Part shown: positions 32,242-40,114 of the stretch, piece after piece
Position numbering within the stretch: the stretch's first letter is position 1
Layout of the letters: every line of letters starts with the position of its first letter
Assembly: GCA_034530875.2 (NCBI GenBank)
Contig: JAVRCJ020000008.1
Coordinates: 160,001 to 224,000 of the forward strand
Reading direction: 5' to 3'
Source: Nostoc sp. DedSLP01
GTDB lineage: Bacteria > Cyanobacteriota > Cyanobacteriia > Cyanobacteriales > Nostocaceae
DNA length: 64,000 bases
The notes under the pieces: generated by a model
Told to the model about the DNA's origin: nothing
Seen by the model: only the letters and a program-made list of their open reading frames with translations
Database searches by the model: none
Made by a program: the position numbers and the translations under genes

Positions 32242-32898
32242 ATGGGTGCATGTCGCAGTCTTGAGGTATCGGAATTTTGCCTTGAGGGTAGGTTTATAGA
32301 TTTTGTTATTAAAGATGGGTATAAGCTAAAAGGTTTACTGCTGGGTACTCACGAGGGTGAATGTTACGTTAAACTCGCCAAACATTTACGGGCTGCTTTT
32401 GATTTGCGGCTACCACCAGGTACTTGGCTACAAGTTGTTGGTCATAAACAATACGATATAAAAAAAGACAAAGTTACACTTAAAGCCGAACGTGTGATGG
32501 CGGGGCGTTCTGAAATGGCGAGAGTGCAAACCATTGCCGCGCCACAAGAACCACCATCAATTGACAATGCGAAGGTAAAACCAGCGAAGACAAAAGCGAC
32601 AATTTTGGTGTGTCAAAAATCTGATTGCATGAAACGCGGTGGTAAAGCAGTTTGTCAGGCGTTGGAGGCTGCTTTGAGCGATCGCGGTTTAGAAGACCAA
32701 GTTACAATCAAGGGCACTGGCTGTATGAAAAACTGCAAAGCCGGGCCAAACCTAGTTATGCCCGATAAAACCCGCTACAGCCAAATTCAAGCATCACAAG
32801 TTCCAGCGCTGATGAATAAGCATTTTGCTGACACGGGTGTGACAGCACAACCAGAGAGTTTCAAAGAAGTACCAATGGTTAATCCCAAGTTTTGCTGA
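32242..32898 (+). CDS. Thioredoxin-like (2Fe-2S) ferredoxin domain protein
   Basis: VCQKSDCMKRGG...TGCMKNCKAGPN cysteine pattern; AGGAGG RBS. Confidence 0.85.
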   Translation: MGACRSLEVSEFCLEGRFIDFVIKDGYKLKGLLLGTHEGECYVKLAKHLRAAFDLRLPPGTWLQVVGHKQYDIKKDKVTLKAERVMAGRSEMARVQTIAAPQEPPSIDNAKVKPAKTKATILVCQKSDCMKRGGKAVCQALEAALSDRGLEDQVTIKGTGCMKNCKAGPNLVMPDKTRYSQIQASQVPALMNKHFADTGVTAQPESFKEVPMVNPKFC

Positions 32899-33052
32899 AG
32901 TTGATAGTAAAACCTTAACTAGTTAATGAGAAAATTTAATAGTAAGTTTTTAGTATGTTCTCTGGATACTCGGCAGTAATCTTTGCAAGATTTTTGCAAG
33001 AATTCTAGATAAAGCGATCGCCTTAAAATGTCATCAAATGGGCATAATGTGA

Positions 33053-33086
33053 AGGCGTAGGCGTAACCCGCCAAAGGCGATCGCTT
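33053..33086 (-). repeat. SDR5-type small dispersed repeat at a HIP1 site
   Basis: AGGCGTAGGCGTAACCCGCCAAAGGCGATCGCTT; inverted copy at 33904-33936. Confidence 0.75.
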
Positions 33087-33227
33087 CATATTTCTATACA
33101 ATTGAGTTCATTGATTCTGAACGAGTTTGTCAGCAAAAAGGTAAAGTGGCTCGCAACATTTTTCAAATTCGTATTAAAACTGCAAAACGGCATTGATTCC
33201 TAAACTGAGAGCCAGTATCATGCCTCT

Positions 33228-33656
33228 ATGACAGTTCCACAAGTTGTACTTGATACAAATGTTATAGTTGCTGGGCTGCGTTCCAACCGAGGGAGTGCTT
33301 TTCGCCTGCTGACACTCGTAGGTACAGGAGTTTTTGATATCCATCTTTCAGTTCCACTGGTTTTGAAGTATCGAGAAGTATTATCTCGCCAACTCACAAA
33401 TCTTTATCTAACTGCACTCGATATTGAAGAATTTATCGACTTTCATTGTTCGGTTGCAAAGCAGCATCAAATTTTCTTCCTTTGGCGTCCTTACTTGCCC
33501 GATCCTAAAGACGATATGGTGTTGGAGCTAGCAGTCAAGGCGCAATGTGATAGCGTAATAACATATAATGCTCGTGACTTTAATGGCATTGAGCAGTTTG
33601 GAATAAAAATATTGACACCTGCGGAGTTTTTGCAATCTATTGGAGCATTGTCATGA
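33228..33656 (+). CDS. PIN-domain toxin (PIN_3-like)
   Basis: VVLDTNV, LPDPKDDMVLELA and ITYNARDF motifs; ATGA overlap with the next gene. Confidence 0.85.
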   Translation: MTVPQVVLDTNVIVAGLRSNRGSAFRLLTLVGTGVFDIHLSVPLVLKYREVLSRQLTNLYLTALDIEEFIDFHCSVAKQHQIFFLWRPYLPDPKDDMVLELAVKAQCDSVITYNARDFNGIEQFGIKILTPAEFLQSIGALS

Positions 33657-33898
33657 GCAACCTCAGCATCCAGCTTCCTGACTCTTTGTACAAAAGCTTG
33701 CAGGAACTTGCCAAACAAGACGGGATTTCTATCGATCAATTTGTGGCGACAGCAGTTGCAGAAAAAATCGCTGCACTAACAACTGAAATTTATCTAGGGG
33801 AGTTAGCAAAGCGAGGTAGTCGAGAAAAATACGACGCAGTTTTAGCTAAAGTACCAGATATTGAACCAGAATCTTACGATCGCTTACCTACAGCTTAA
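33653..33898 (+). CDS. Ribbon-helix-helix antitoxin
   Basis: LSIQLPDSLYKSLQELAKQDGISIDQFV motif; translationally coupled to the PIN gene. Confidence 0.8.
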   Translation: MSNLSIQLPDSLYKSLQELAKQDGISIDQFVATAVAEKIAALTTEIYLGELAKRGSREKYDAVLAKVPDIEPESYDRLPTA

Positions 33899-33903
33899 TA
33901 GCA

Positions 33904-33936
33904 AAGCGATGCCTTTGGCGGGCTACGCCTACGCCT
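33904..33936 (+). repeat. SDR5-type 21-nt insert splitting a HIP1 site
   Basis: GCGAT[GCCTTTGGCGGGCTACGCCTA]CGC. Confidence 0.8.
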
Positions 33937-33970
33937 ACACAATGTCATGAAAGGAGCATAGGTACTCGTG

Positions 33971-34237
33971 CTAACTTTCATTTTTATAAATGTCGCTACG
34001 ATGTCCTACTTTAATTACAGTTATTATCAAGACATCATCATATATTTCATAAACAATTCGATAATCTCCTACTCGAATACGGTATGAATTATCATCGCCT
34101 TGTAATTTTTTTATGCCGTTTGGACGCGGTTCTATTGCTAAGTCGTTGATTTTAGTTTGTATGCGTTGTTGTACATCTAAAGGTAATTTCCTAAACTGCT
34201 TTTTCGCACTATTTGAAAATTTAACTTCGTAACTCAC
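33971..34237 (-). CDS. relE: RelE/ParE-family toxin
   Basis: PRPNGIKKLQG, YRIRVGDYRIVYEI and VGHRSDIY motifs. Confidence 0.9.
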   Translation of the reverse strand: MSYEVKFSNSAKKQFRKLPLDVQQRIQTKINDLAIEPRPNGIKKLQGDDNSYRIRVGDYRIVYEIYDDVLIITVIKVGHRSDIYKNES

Positions 34238-34473
34238 GCAACATCCTTGTTTATTTCGTTTTTGATTTCATTTTGAATTTCATCCCAAGACACAGTACCA
34301 TTAATGCGTATATCTTCCCTAACTTCTTTAATCGCTTTTAAGTCTTCTTCGTCGTCTAGGTCGTCAATTCTTTTTAAAAGTGCGTAGATTTCATCTAAAG
34401 TACTGTCATAAGCTTGATGTAACAGTACGTTGATATCTTTAATTAACTTTTCTCTTTCGTGTGCTGGTTTCAT
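34234..34473 (-). CDS. Antitoxin partner of RelE
   Basis: Acidic 79-aa ORF (DEEDLKAIKE..GTVSWDEI) overlapping the relE start by 4 nt. Confidence 0.75.
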   Translation of the reverse strand: MKPAHEREKLIKDINVLLHQAYDSTLDEIYALLKRIDDLDDEEDLKAIKEVREDIRINGTVSWDEIQNEIKNEINKDVA

Positions 34474-34575
34474 CTTTAATCATCCAAGCGTGGTTTTAAT
34501 TTTTCTACCACTGTCTCTAGTTTCGCCTAAAATCACATTTGCTTTCACTATGATTTACTAAAGTATTTTGGAATT

Positions 34576-35211
34576 ATGGTTCAAACAATACAGGCTAAAG
34601 AAATTACGCTGCTTGATTTAGAGAACAGCTTTGGACTGCAATTGGTTGAGGACGAGCAATTTTTTAGAGAGTGGCAAGAGAATTTACCAGAAATAACCGA
34701 TACGGAAAAAAAACAACTCAACCGAGTTAAGGCAAGTTACGCCAATTTACTCAAATATCCTCCCTTATTAGAAAACACCGTCAAGATGGTGGTGCTGTCT
34801 CCTTTGTTAGATTTGGCAGACTTTTATCTATCGCCGTTCCATGCCAAATCTGAAAAGTCTGTAGAAGTTACTGCTGACGATGAAGGCGTAACGGTCAAAG
34901 GGCAAATTGATGTCTTAATTTTATTTGAACAGCTAGTAGTAATAGTTATAGAGTCCAAACAAGCGGCTTTTTCTGTAGAAGTTGGGAAAGCACAGCTGCT
35001 AGCTTATATGTTGGCAATATCTAACACGGATAAACCAATATACGGATTAATAACTAATGGCGGTAGTTTTATTTTTCTGAAGTTGGTTAAACAAGATAGA
35101 CCACAGTATGCTTTGTCTCGCTTATTTTATATCTTCAATCCAGGCAATGAGTTATATACAGTTTTACGTGTATTGAAACGTCTGGGTAAATTGGCGACAA
35201 GTGGCAGTTAG
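34576..35211 (+). CDS. Type I restriction HsdR N-terminal-like PD-(D/E)XK protein
   Basis: GQIDVLIL..VIESK..QLLAYML..YGLITNG pattern. Confidence 0.75.
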   Translation: MVQTIQAKEITLLDLENSFGLQLVEDEQFFREWQENLPEITDTEKKQLNRVKASYANLLKYPPLLENTVKMVVLSPLLDLADFYLSPFHAKSEKSVEVTADDEGVTVKGQIDVLILFEQLVVIVIESKQAAFSVEVGKAQLLAYMLAISNTDKPIYGLITNGGSFIFLKLVKQDRPQYALSRLFYIFNPGNELYTVLRVLKRLGKLATSGS

Positions 35212-35281
35212 TTAACTAATTATTAATTTATAGACACAAAAAGACTTTTCACCCAGTCCCCAGTCACCAGTCCCCAGTCCC

Positions 35282-38110
35282 TTACTGTAGAGAAGATTGC
35301 AACAACTGTCGCATAGATGTAGCTTGCACATGGTTAGGAAACACAGTTAAAAAGTCATTTAGGTCTTGGATTGCTATTTGGATTGCGATACGGATAGCGA
35401 AGGAAGCACCTTGAGATAAGGTATATTGATATAACTGCTCTGCTGGTTGATGATATTGGGCAGCCAAATAGTAAAGAGCTAAGTTAAAACTATTACGCCA
35501 GTTTTTAGCATCTTTTTGGTAATGCTCTTTAGCAAGCTTGATGGCAAGGGCCAAATCAGCCCGTGCTTTGTCTGGTTGGTTTAGAGCTAGGTAAGCTAAA
35601 GCGCGATTATACAAATACCAATCATAAAAAACCTGACGGGAGTTTGGAAACCCACTGGTTTCAGGTCTCTGAGGGAAAACGACATCAGATTTTAAGTTAA
35701 CAGCACGATTGAAATCTGCAAGAGACTCATTGTAGCACTTAAGCATCAGATGCGTATAACCTCTATTGATCAGCGACCAGTCATCTTTGGGATCGAGTTC
35801 AATAGCACGGTTTAAATCTTGTAATGCTTCACTGTAGCGCTGCATTTGGCGATAAGTATAACCCCGACGTGCCAGCACCCATTGGTAATTAGGGTTAAGT
35901 ACAATAGGGCGGTTTAAGCCTTGCGGTGGTGCTTCATGGTAGCGTTGCATTCGTCGGTAAATAAAACCCCTAAATCCTGTGGCTGGTGTCCATTGGTAAT
36001 CGACATCAAGTTCAATGGCGCGGTTTAAGTCTTGCAGTGCTTCCTCATATCGGTGCATATAGCGGTAAGTATCGCCTCTACTTGCGATCGCCCATTGATA
36101 ATTGGGGTCAAGTTGAATGGCGCGGTTTAAGTCTTGCAGTGCTTCCTCATATCGGTGCATCAGGCGGTAAGTTACACCTCGATGTGCCAGCGCCCATTGG
36201 TCATTAGGGCCAAGTTCAATAGCGCGGTTAAAGTCTTGCAGTGCTTCATCATATTGGTACATCAGGCGGTAAGTCACACCTCTACTTGCGATCGCCCATT
36301 GATAATTCGAGTTAAGCTCAATAACACGATTAAAGTCTTGCAGTGCTTCTTGGTAACGCTCCATTTGGCAGTAAGTCATCCCTCGAACTGTTAAATACTC
36401 AACTTCTTGAGGCACTAACTTTATCGCCTGGGTTAAATCTTCCAAAGCTTTTGAGTATTGATTAGATTGAGAGTAAATATAACTACGCCAATCTAAGGCT
36501 ACTGCACGCCATTTGCCCTCAAGACTAGCATCGCTCAACAGCGTTGTAAGCATTTGGGACGCAGCTTCATAACGTTTGTCTTCATAGGCTTTTAACCAAT
36601 TGCTAAGTTGCTCACCCCAACGCTCAACTTCAGCACAATCGACATCTTTACCAGCCGGAAGCATTGTTGCTGCCCAAAGTTGGGCAAAACTCCGTTGGTT
36701 TTTGAGAGCAGCAAGGAATTCATTAAGAGCTACAGGTAAATACTTTTGTGGTGATTGGCATAAGCGGTGATACAAAACATTGAGTTTATGGCTTTGCCAA
36801 GTTTGATCTCGCCAAGCTTTTACTTCCTCCAATTGCAATTCTTTAGCTAGCGTGTCGTAATGGTCTGCCAAGTTACTATGTATCTCAGCCCAACCTTGCG
36901 GCGATGAAAGACGCTTGTGGCGTAACATTTGTGTTTTCACCACATCATGATAAGCCCAGCCGTCGGTACGTTCCTTAACAAAGGATGTTTCTTTGAGCCA
37001 AGTAAACAGTTCATCTGCTTCTTGTTCTCCTCTTAACTTGGCTATCACATCTCGATTTAAACACCGAGGAATGGCAGCATCAAGCGCCACTTGTCGCCGT
37101 TTGGGGTCATCAACCCATTTTAAAAAGCGTTCTACAGCACTGCTGCTCGGTTCAAATACTTGGTTGGAGTCATTGGGATGTGCATCTGCTAGCATTCCTA
37201 CCAGCAGAGGCAAATTTCCAGAAAGGCGTAAAATCACTTCAACAACGCGACTGTTAGTAATGCCTTTACGAGTTAAATATTGTTGGGCTTCTTCTTCTGT
37301 AAAGGGTTCCAGAGGGAAACGAACTATTAACCCCTCGTAAGGTGCCCAATGATTTTTATCTAATTCATGGCGACCGGCAATCGTTATCAATATATTGAGA
37401 GATACTTCACCGTGGCGACCCTCTAAAATTTCCCGTAGCCAGTTGTCTAGGAATTCTCCCGTGCGTTCATAAGTATCAAAAAACAGAACAACAGCGGTTT
37501 TTTCGGCAATTTTTAAAATATCTTGCAAAAATAGCGGCGTCAGCACTTCCTCTGGTTCTTGAACTAAACGCACGTCATCTTTATTTGTTATTTTTTTTGC
37601 AATATATGAAGCCAAAGCATCCTCATCTACACAGTCAAATACAGCACCGCCAACGGGAACTTGACGCGCCAGACGCACACCTGTTTTTACCATAGTTTTC
37701 CCGACAAATGCCGAAAAGCCTTGAGGGGCATCTGGATCGGTTTCTAATTCGTGGCGTTTTTGACGGTAAACTTTGTAGCGTTCTGTAAACTGTGGTAGTT
37801 TGTGACCTTGGCGTTCTAACTCTTGGGTCAAACGCCCCATGACTTCTGGTACAGTTTTCTCAGCTTCATCGATGTAAGCTGAGATAATTTTTGCTTCATC
37901 AGCAATTTTGCGAAACTGGCGTAACAGTGTACTTTTACCAACCCCGCCTTCACCCCAAACGTTAAACAAAAAACGACGGTGGTCATTCTCTAACGGTAAA
38001 GTCAAGTTTTGACGAAATTGGTTTACCTGATCTTCACGACCTACAAAACCCGATTGTTGACGTTGCTTAAGAATATCTTGTAGACTCTTGGGCTTGTTTT
38101 GTGGGTTCAT
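35282..38110 (-). CDS. AAA/STAND-like ATPase with C-terminal TPR array
   Basis: FVGRE, Walker A GEGGVGKS, Walker B VLFFDTYE, GNLPL; many 34-aa TPRs. Confidence 0.88.
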   Translation of the reverse strand: MNPQNKPKSLQDILKQRQQSGFVGREDQVNQFRQNLTLPLENDHRRFLFNVWGEGGVGKSTLLRQFRKIADEAKIISAYIDEAEKTVPEVMGRLTQELERQGHKLPQFTERYKVYRQKRHELETDPDAPQGFSAFVGKTMVKTGVRLARQVPVGGAVFDCVDEDALASYIAKKITNKDDVRLVQEPEEVLTPLFLQDILKIAEKTAVVLFFDTYERTGEFLDNWLREILEGRHGEVSLNILITIAGRHELDKNHWAPYEGLIVRFPLEPFTEEEAQQYLTRKGITNSRVVEVILRLSGNLPLLVGMLADAHPNDSNQVFEPSSSAVERFLKWVDDPKRRQVALDAAIPRCLNRDVIAKLRGEQEADELFTWLKETSFVKERTDGWAYHDVVKTQMLRHKRLSSPQGWAEIHSNLADHYDTLAKELQLEEVKAWRDQTWQSHKLNVLYHRLCQSPQKYLPVALNEFLAALKNQRSFAQLWAATMLPAGKDVDCAEVERWGEQLSNWLKAYEDKRYEAASQMLTTLLSDASLEGKWRAVALDWRSYIYSQSNQYSKALEDLTQAIKLVPQEVEYLTVRGMTYCQMERYQEALQDFNRVIELNSNYQWAIASRGVTYRLMYQYDEALQDFNRAIELGPNDQWALAHRGVTYRLMHRYEEALQDLNRAIQLDPNYQWAIASRGDTYRYMHRYEEALQDLNRAIELDVDYQWTPATGFRGFIYRRMQRYHEAPPQGLNRPIVLNPNYQWVLARRGYTYRQMQRYSEALQDLNRAIELDPKDDWSLINRGYTHLMLKCYNESLADFNRAVNLKSDVVFPQRPETSGFPNSRQVFYDWYLYNRALAYLALNQPDKARADLALAIKLAKEHYQKDAKNWRNSFNLALYYLAAQYHQPAEQLYQYTLSQGASFAIRIAIQIAIQDLNDFLTVFPNHVQATSMRQLLQSSLQ

Positions 38111-38226
38111 TACCAGATTTAATTTTGAGGCGCTAATGTTTACGAGATAACTACTAAAGCTACAGGCTGTATTTCGGAATTTATCAGACTTTTTTTCGGT
38201 AATTTTGCTGTATAAGCTTTATTTAA

Positions 38227-38505
38227 GCTCAAGTTTGACCTTTTGAGGCTCAATGTTGACCTTCTGAGGCTCAATGTTGACCTTCTGAGGCTCAACGTTG
38301 ACCTTCTGAGGTTCGACGTTGACCTTCTGAGGCTCGACGTTGACCTTCTGAGGCTCGACGTTGACCTTCTGAGGCTCGACGTTGACCTTCTGAGGCTCGA
38401 CGTTGACCTTCTGAGGCTCGACGTTGACCTTCTGAGGCTCGACGTTGACCTTCTGAGGCTCAACGTTGACCTTCTGAGGTTCAACGTTGACCTTCTGAGG
38501 TTCAA
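38227..38505. repeat. Tandem array of 13 x 21-bp quasi-palindromic units, consensus G(C/T)TC(A/G)ACGTTGACCTTCTGAG
   Basis: Units start every 21 nt from 38227 to 38479 plus a partial unit; six central units are identical; no spacers. Confidence 0.97.
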
Positions 38506-38515
38506 AAATGCTTTG

Positions 38516-38680
38516 GCGACTAGAAGTCGTGGCTACACAGATAAAACCCGCCTGCGCGGGTTTCAAAAATCTTTAGATTAAAAACGCGAAAAGGACATAA
38601 CATTGTTATGCCCCTACAAATAATGTGTATTTTCTTAAATTGTCAACTACTGCGTAGGCGCAGCCCGCCGCAGGCATCGC
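38516..38680. repeat. Three stacked small repeats: two REP-like hairpin elements and one HIP1-inserted SDR5-type element
   Basis: GCGACTAGAAGTCGT..AAACCCGCCTGCGCGGGTTT (38516-38563); CATAAC-ATT-GTTATG (about 38593-38613); GCG[TAGGCGCAGCCCGCCGCAGGC]ATCGC (38652-38680). Confidence 0.7.
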
Positions 38681-38692
38681 CTAGTTTAGACT

Positions 38693-39166
38693 TTAGCTAA
38701 CTGGGACTTCGGGTTGCTTTTTCTTAGAACGGCGGTTAAACCTGCGTCCCATCTCATCAATGACTGCATCTAAACCTGTAACATCACCGCTAACTTTGGC
38801 ATAGTTATAAATTGCTAATGCTGCGGCGTAGGCTTCGCTAGCAGCGGCTATACAGGTATCATCTACAAGTTCTTGCAGTTGCGTCAAAGATAACAGCACC
38901 GGATACAAGTCCTCATATATTTCTAAGTCCCGGCGCATCTCTTCTAAATCAAAAGAACGAGGTAAAAAGTTAGGGTTTTGTGTCGCCACTTCTAAAGCTT
39001 TGCTGACAAAAGCCCGACTTTTATCACCCATCTTCAGCATTGTTCGTCGGTCTTCGGGGGTCAAATCAATTAAAAATGGTAACTTTTCCCGAATAGTGGA
39101 TATTGCCTGCATGACCGCGTACTTATCTGCTGGGCTTAAGCTGGCACTGACACGATTTTCTGCCAT
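38693..39166 (-). CDS. Hypothetical alpha-helical protein (157 aa) adjacent to the 21-bp array
   Basis: AAGGAG RBS; LPFLIDLTPEDRR..KMGDKSRAFV, LVDDT and SEAYAAALAIY motifs; basic tail RRFNRRSKKK. Confidence 0.85.
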   Translation of the reverse strand: MAENRVSASLSPADKYAVMQAISTIREKLPFLIDLTPEDRRTMLKMGDKSRAFVSKALEVATQNPNFLPRSFDLEEMRRDLEIYEDLYPVLLSLTQLQELVDDTCIAAASEAYAAALAIYNYAKVSGDVTGLDAVIDEMGRRFNRRSKKKQPEVPVS

Positions 39167-39424
39167 TTTTAATACTCCTTTAGGCTACTTAATTTCAGTA
39201 TTCCCAAAGTTGTAGAGGCGATCGCGTTTATTGAGAGGTAATTGAGAGAGTATTATCTAGATTTACAATATGAAGGTAATCAACTATCTCGAAGATGAAG
39301 TCATAAGAGCGTTTAAGCTCTCAGGTATTTACTTTTTCAAAGCATTCTCGATATATCAAGGGTTAGGGTTTTTAAAAGGTGCAATTTGTGGGTGCGACAG
39401 ATGAGTATAAACTAATGAAATTGA

Positions 39425-39667
39425 ATGGAGAAATCAATGCGTAAACAAATCATCGAATATACCTCTCCACTAGATGCACTGATTGCCCTTACCAGACAGT
39501 TAAATACCTATGAAATAAAGTACCAAATGACTTCAGAAGAATTTTTTGCAAAATATAGTCAAGGAGAAACTTCCGACGATGAAGTATTTATCGAATGGGC
39601 AGCAAACTACCAACATTATTTAGCTCTACACCAAGATATAAAGAACAAACTCACAGATGTCGCGTGA
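39425..39667 (+). CDS. Putative antitoxin
   Basis: YEIKYQMTSEEFFAKY..DDEVFIEWA motif; overlaps the downstream toxin-like gene. Confidence 0.7.
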   Translation: MEKSMRKQIIEYTSPLDALIALTRQLNTYEIKYQMTSEEFFAKYSQGETSDDEVFIEWAANYQHYLALHQDIKNKLTDVA

Positions 39668-40040
39668 AGTTATCCAAGCCTATTTAGATGAAGTTGAGAA
39701 ACTTTTACTCAACTGCTCTAACACATACGTTGAGGAATATAGTGCAGTAATTTTAACGACACAGAGAGCTAATCTCCGCATTAGGATACGTTTCGCTCTC
39801 AAATATTTATTAGCAGTCAGTGAAGCCTTTGTTATTGTCAATAATCAGATTAAATATATCGATTACCGCTATCACTTTCAAGATGAGCAAAATAGTCTGA
39901 TTTTTCGTTATGACAGTACACCACACTTTCCCAACTTACCTATCTTCCCGCACCATAAACATCTTTTTGATAACGTAATTGCTTGTGAAAAGCCACATAT
40001 AGGCGATGTGTTACAAGAAGTGATGGAGTTTTTAAAGTAG
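39657..40040 (+). CDS. DUF6516-like putative toxin
   Basis: YRYHFQD..IFRYDSTPHFPNL..FPHHKH motif. Confidence 0.7.
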   Translation: MSREVIQAYLDEVEKLLLNCSNTYVEEYSAVILTTQRANLRIRIRFALKYLLAVSEAFVIVNNQIKYIDYRYHFQDEQNSLIFRYDSTPHFPNLPIFPHHKHLFDNVIACEKPHIGDVLQEVMEFLK

Positions 40041-40114
40041 GAATATGGAATTTGCATAGCAAAACATAACCATCAAATATGACCGTTAAAATTTTGCTCA
40101 TCGATCTAGTTCTT

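Noticed and set aside
38227..38505. CRISPR or other spacer-containing guide array
   Set aside because: Units are contiguous with no unique spacers, and no cas-like gene is recognisable in the window
38140..38581. ORFs (LRRSTSS)n on minus and (VDLLRLD)n on plus as real genes
   Set aside because: Stop-free frames are expected in a 21-bp repeat, there is no RBS, and unit variants are non-synonymous in these frames
39270..39404. 44-codon ORF MKVINYLEDEV... upstream of the antitoxin
   Set aside because: No convincing RBS or motif; cannot be supported
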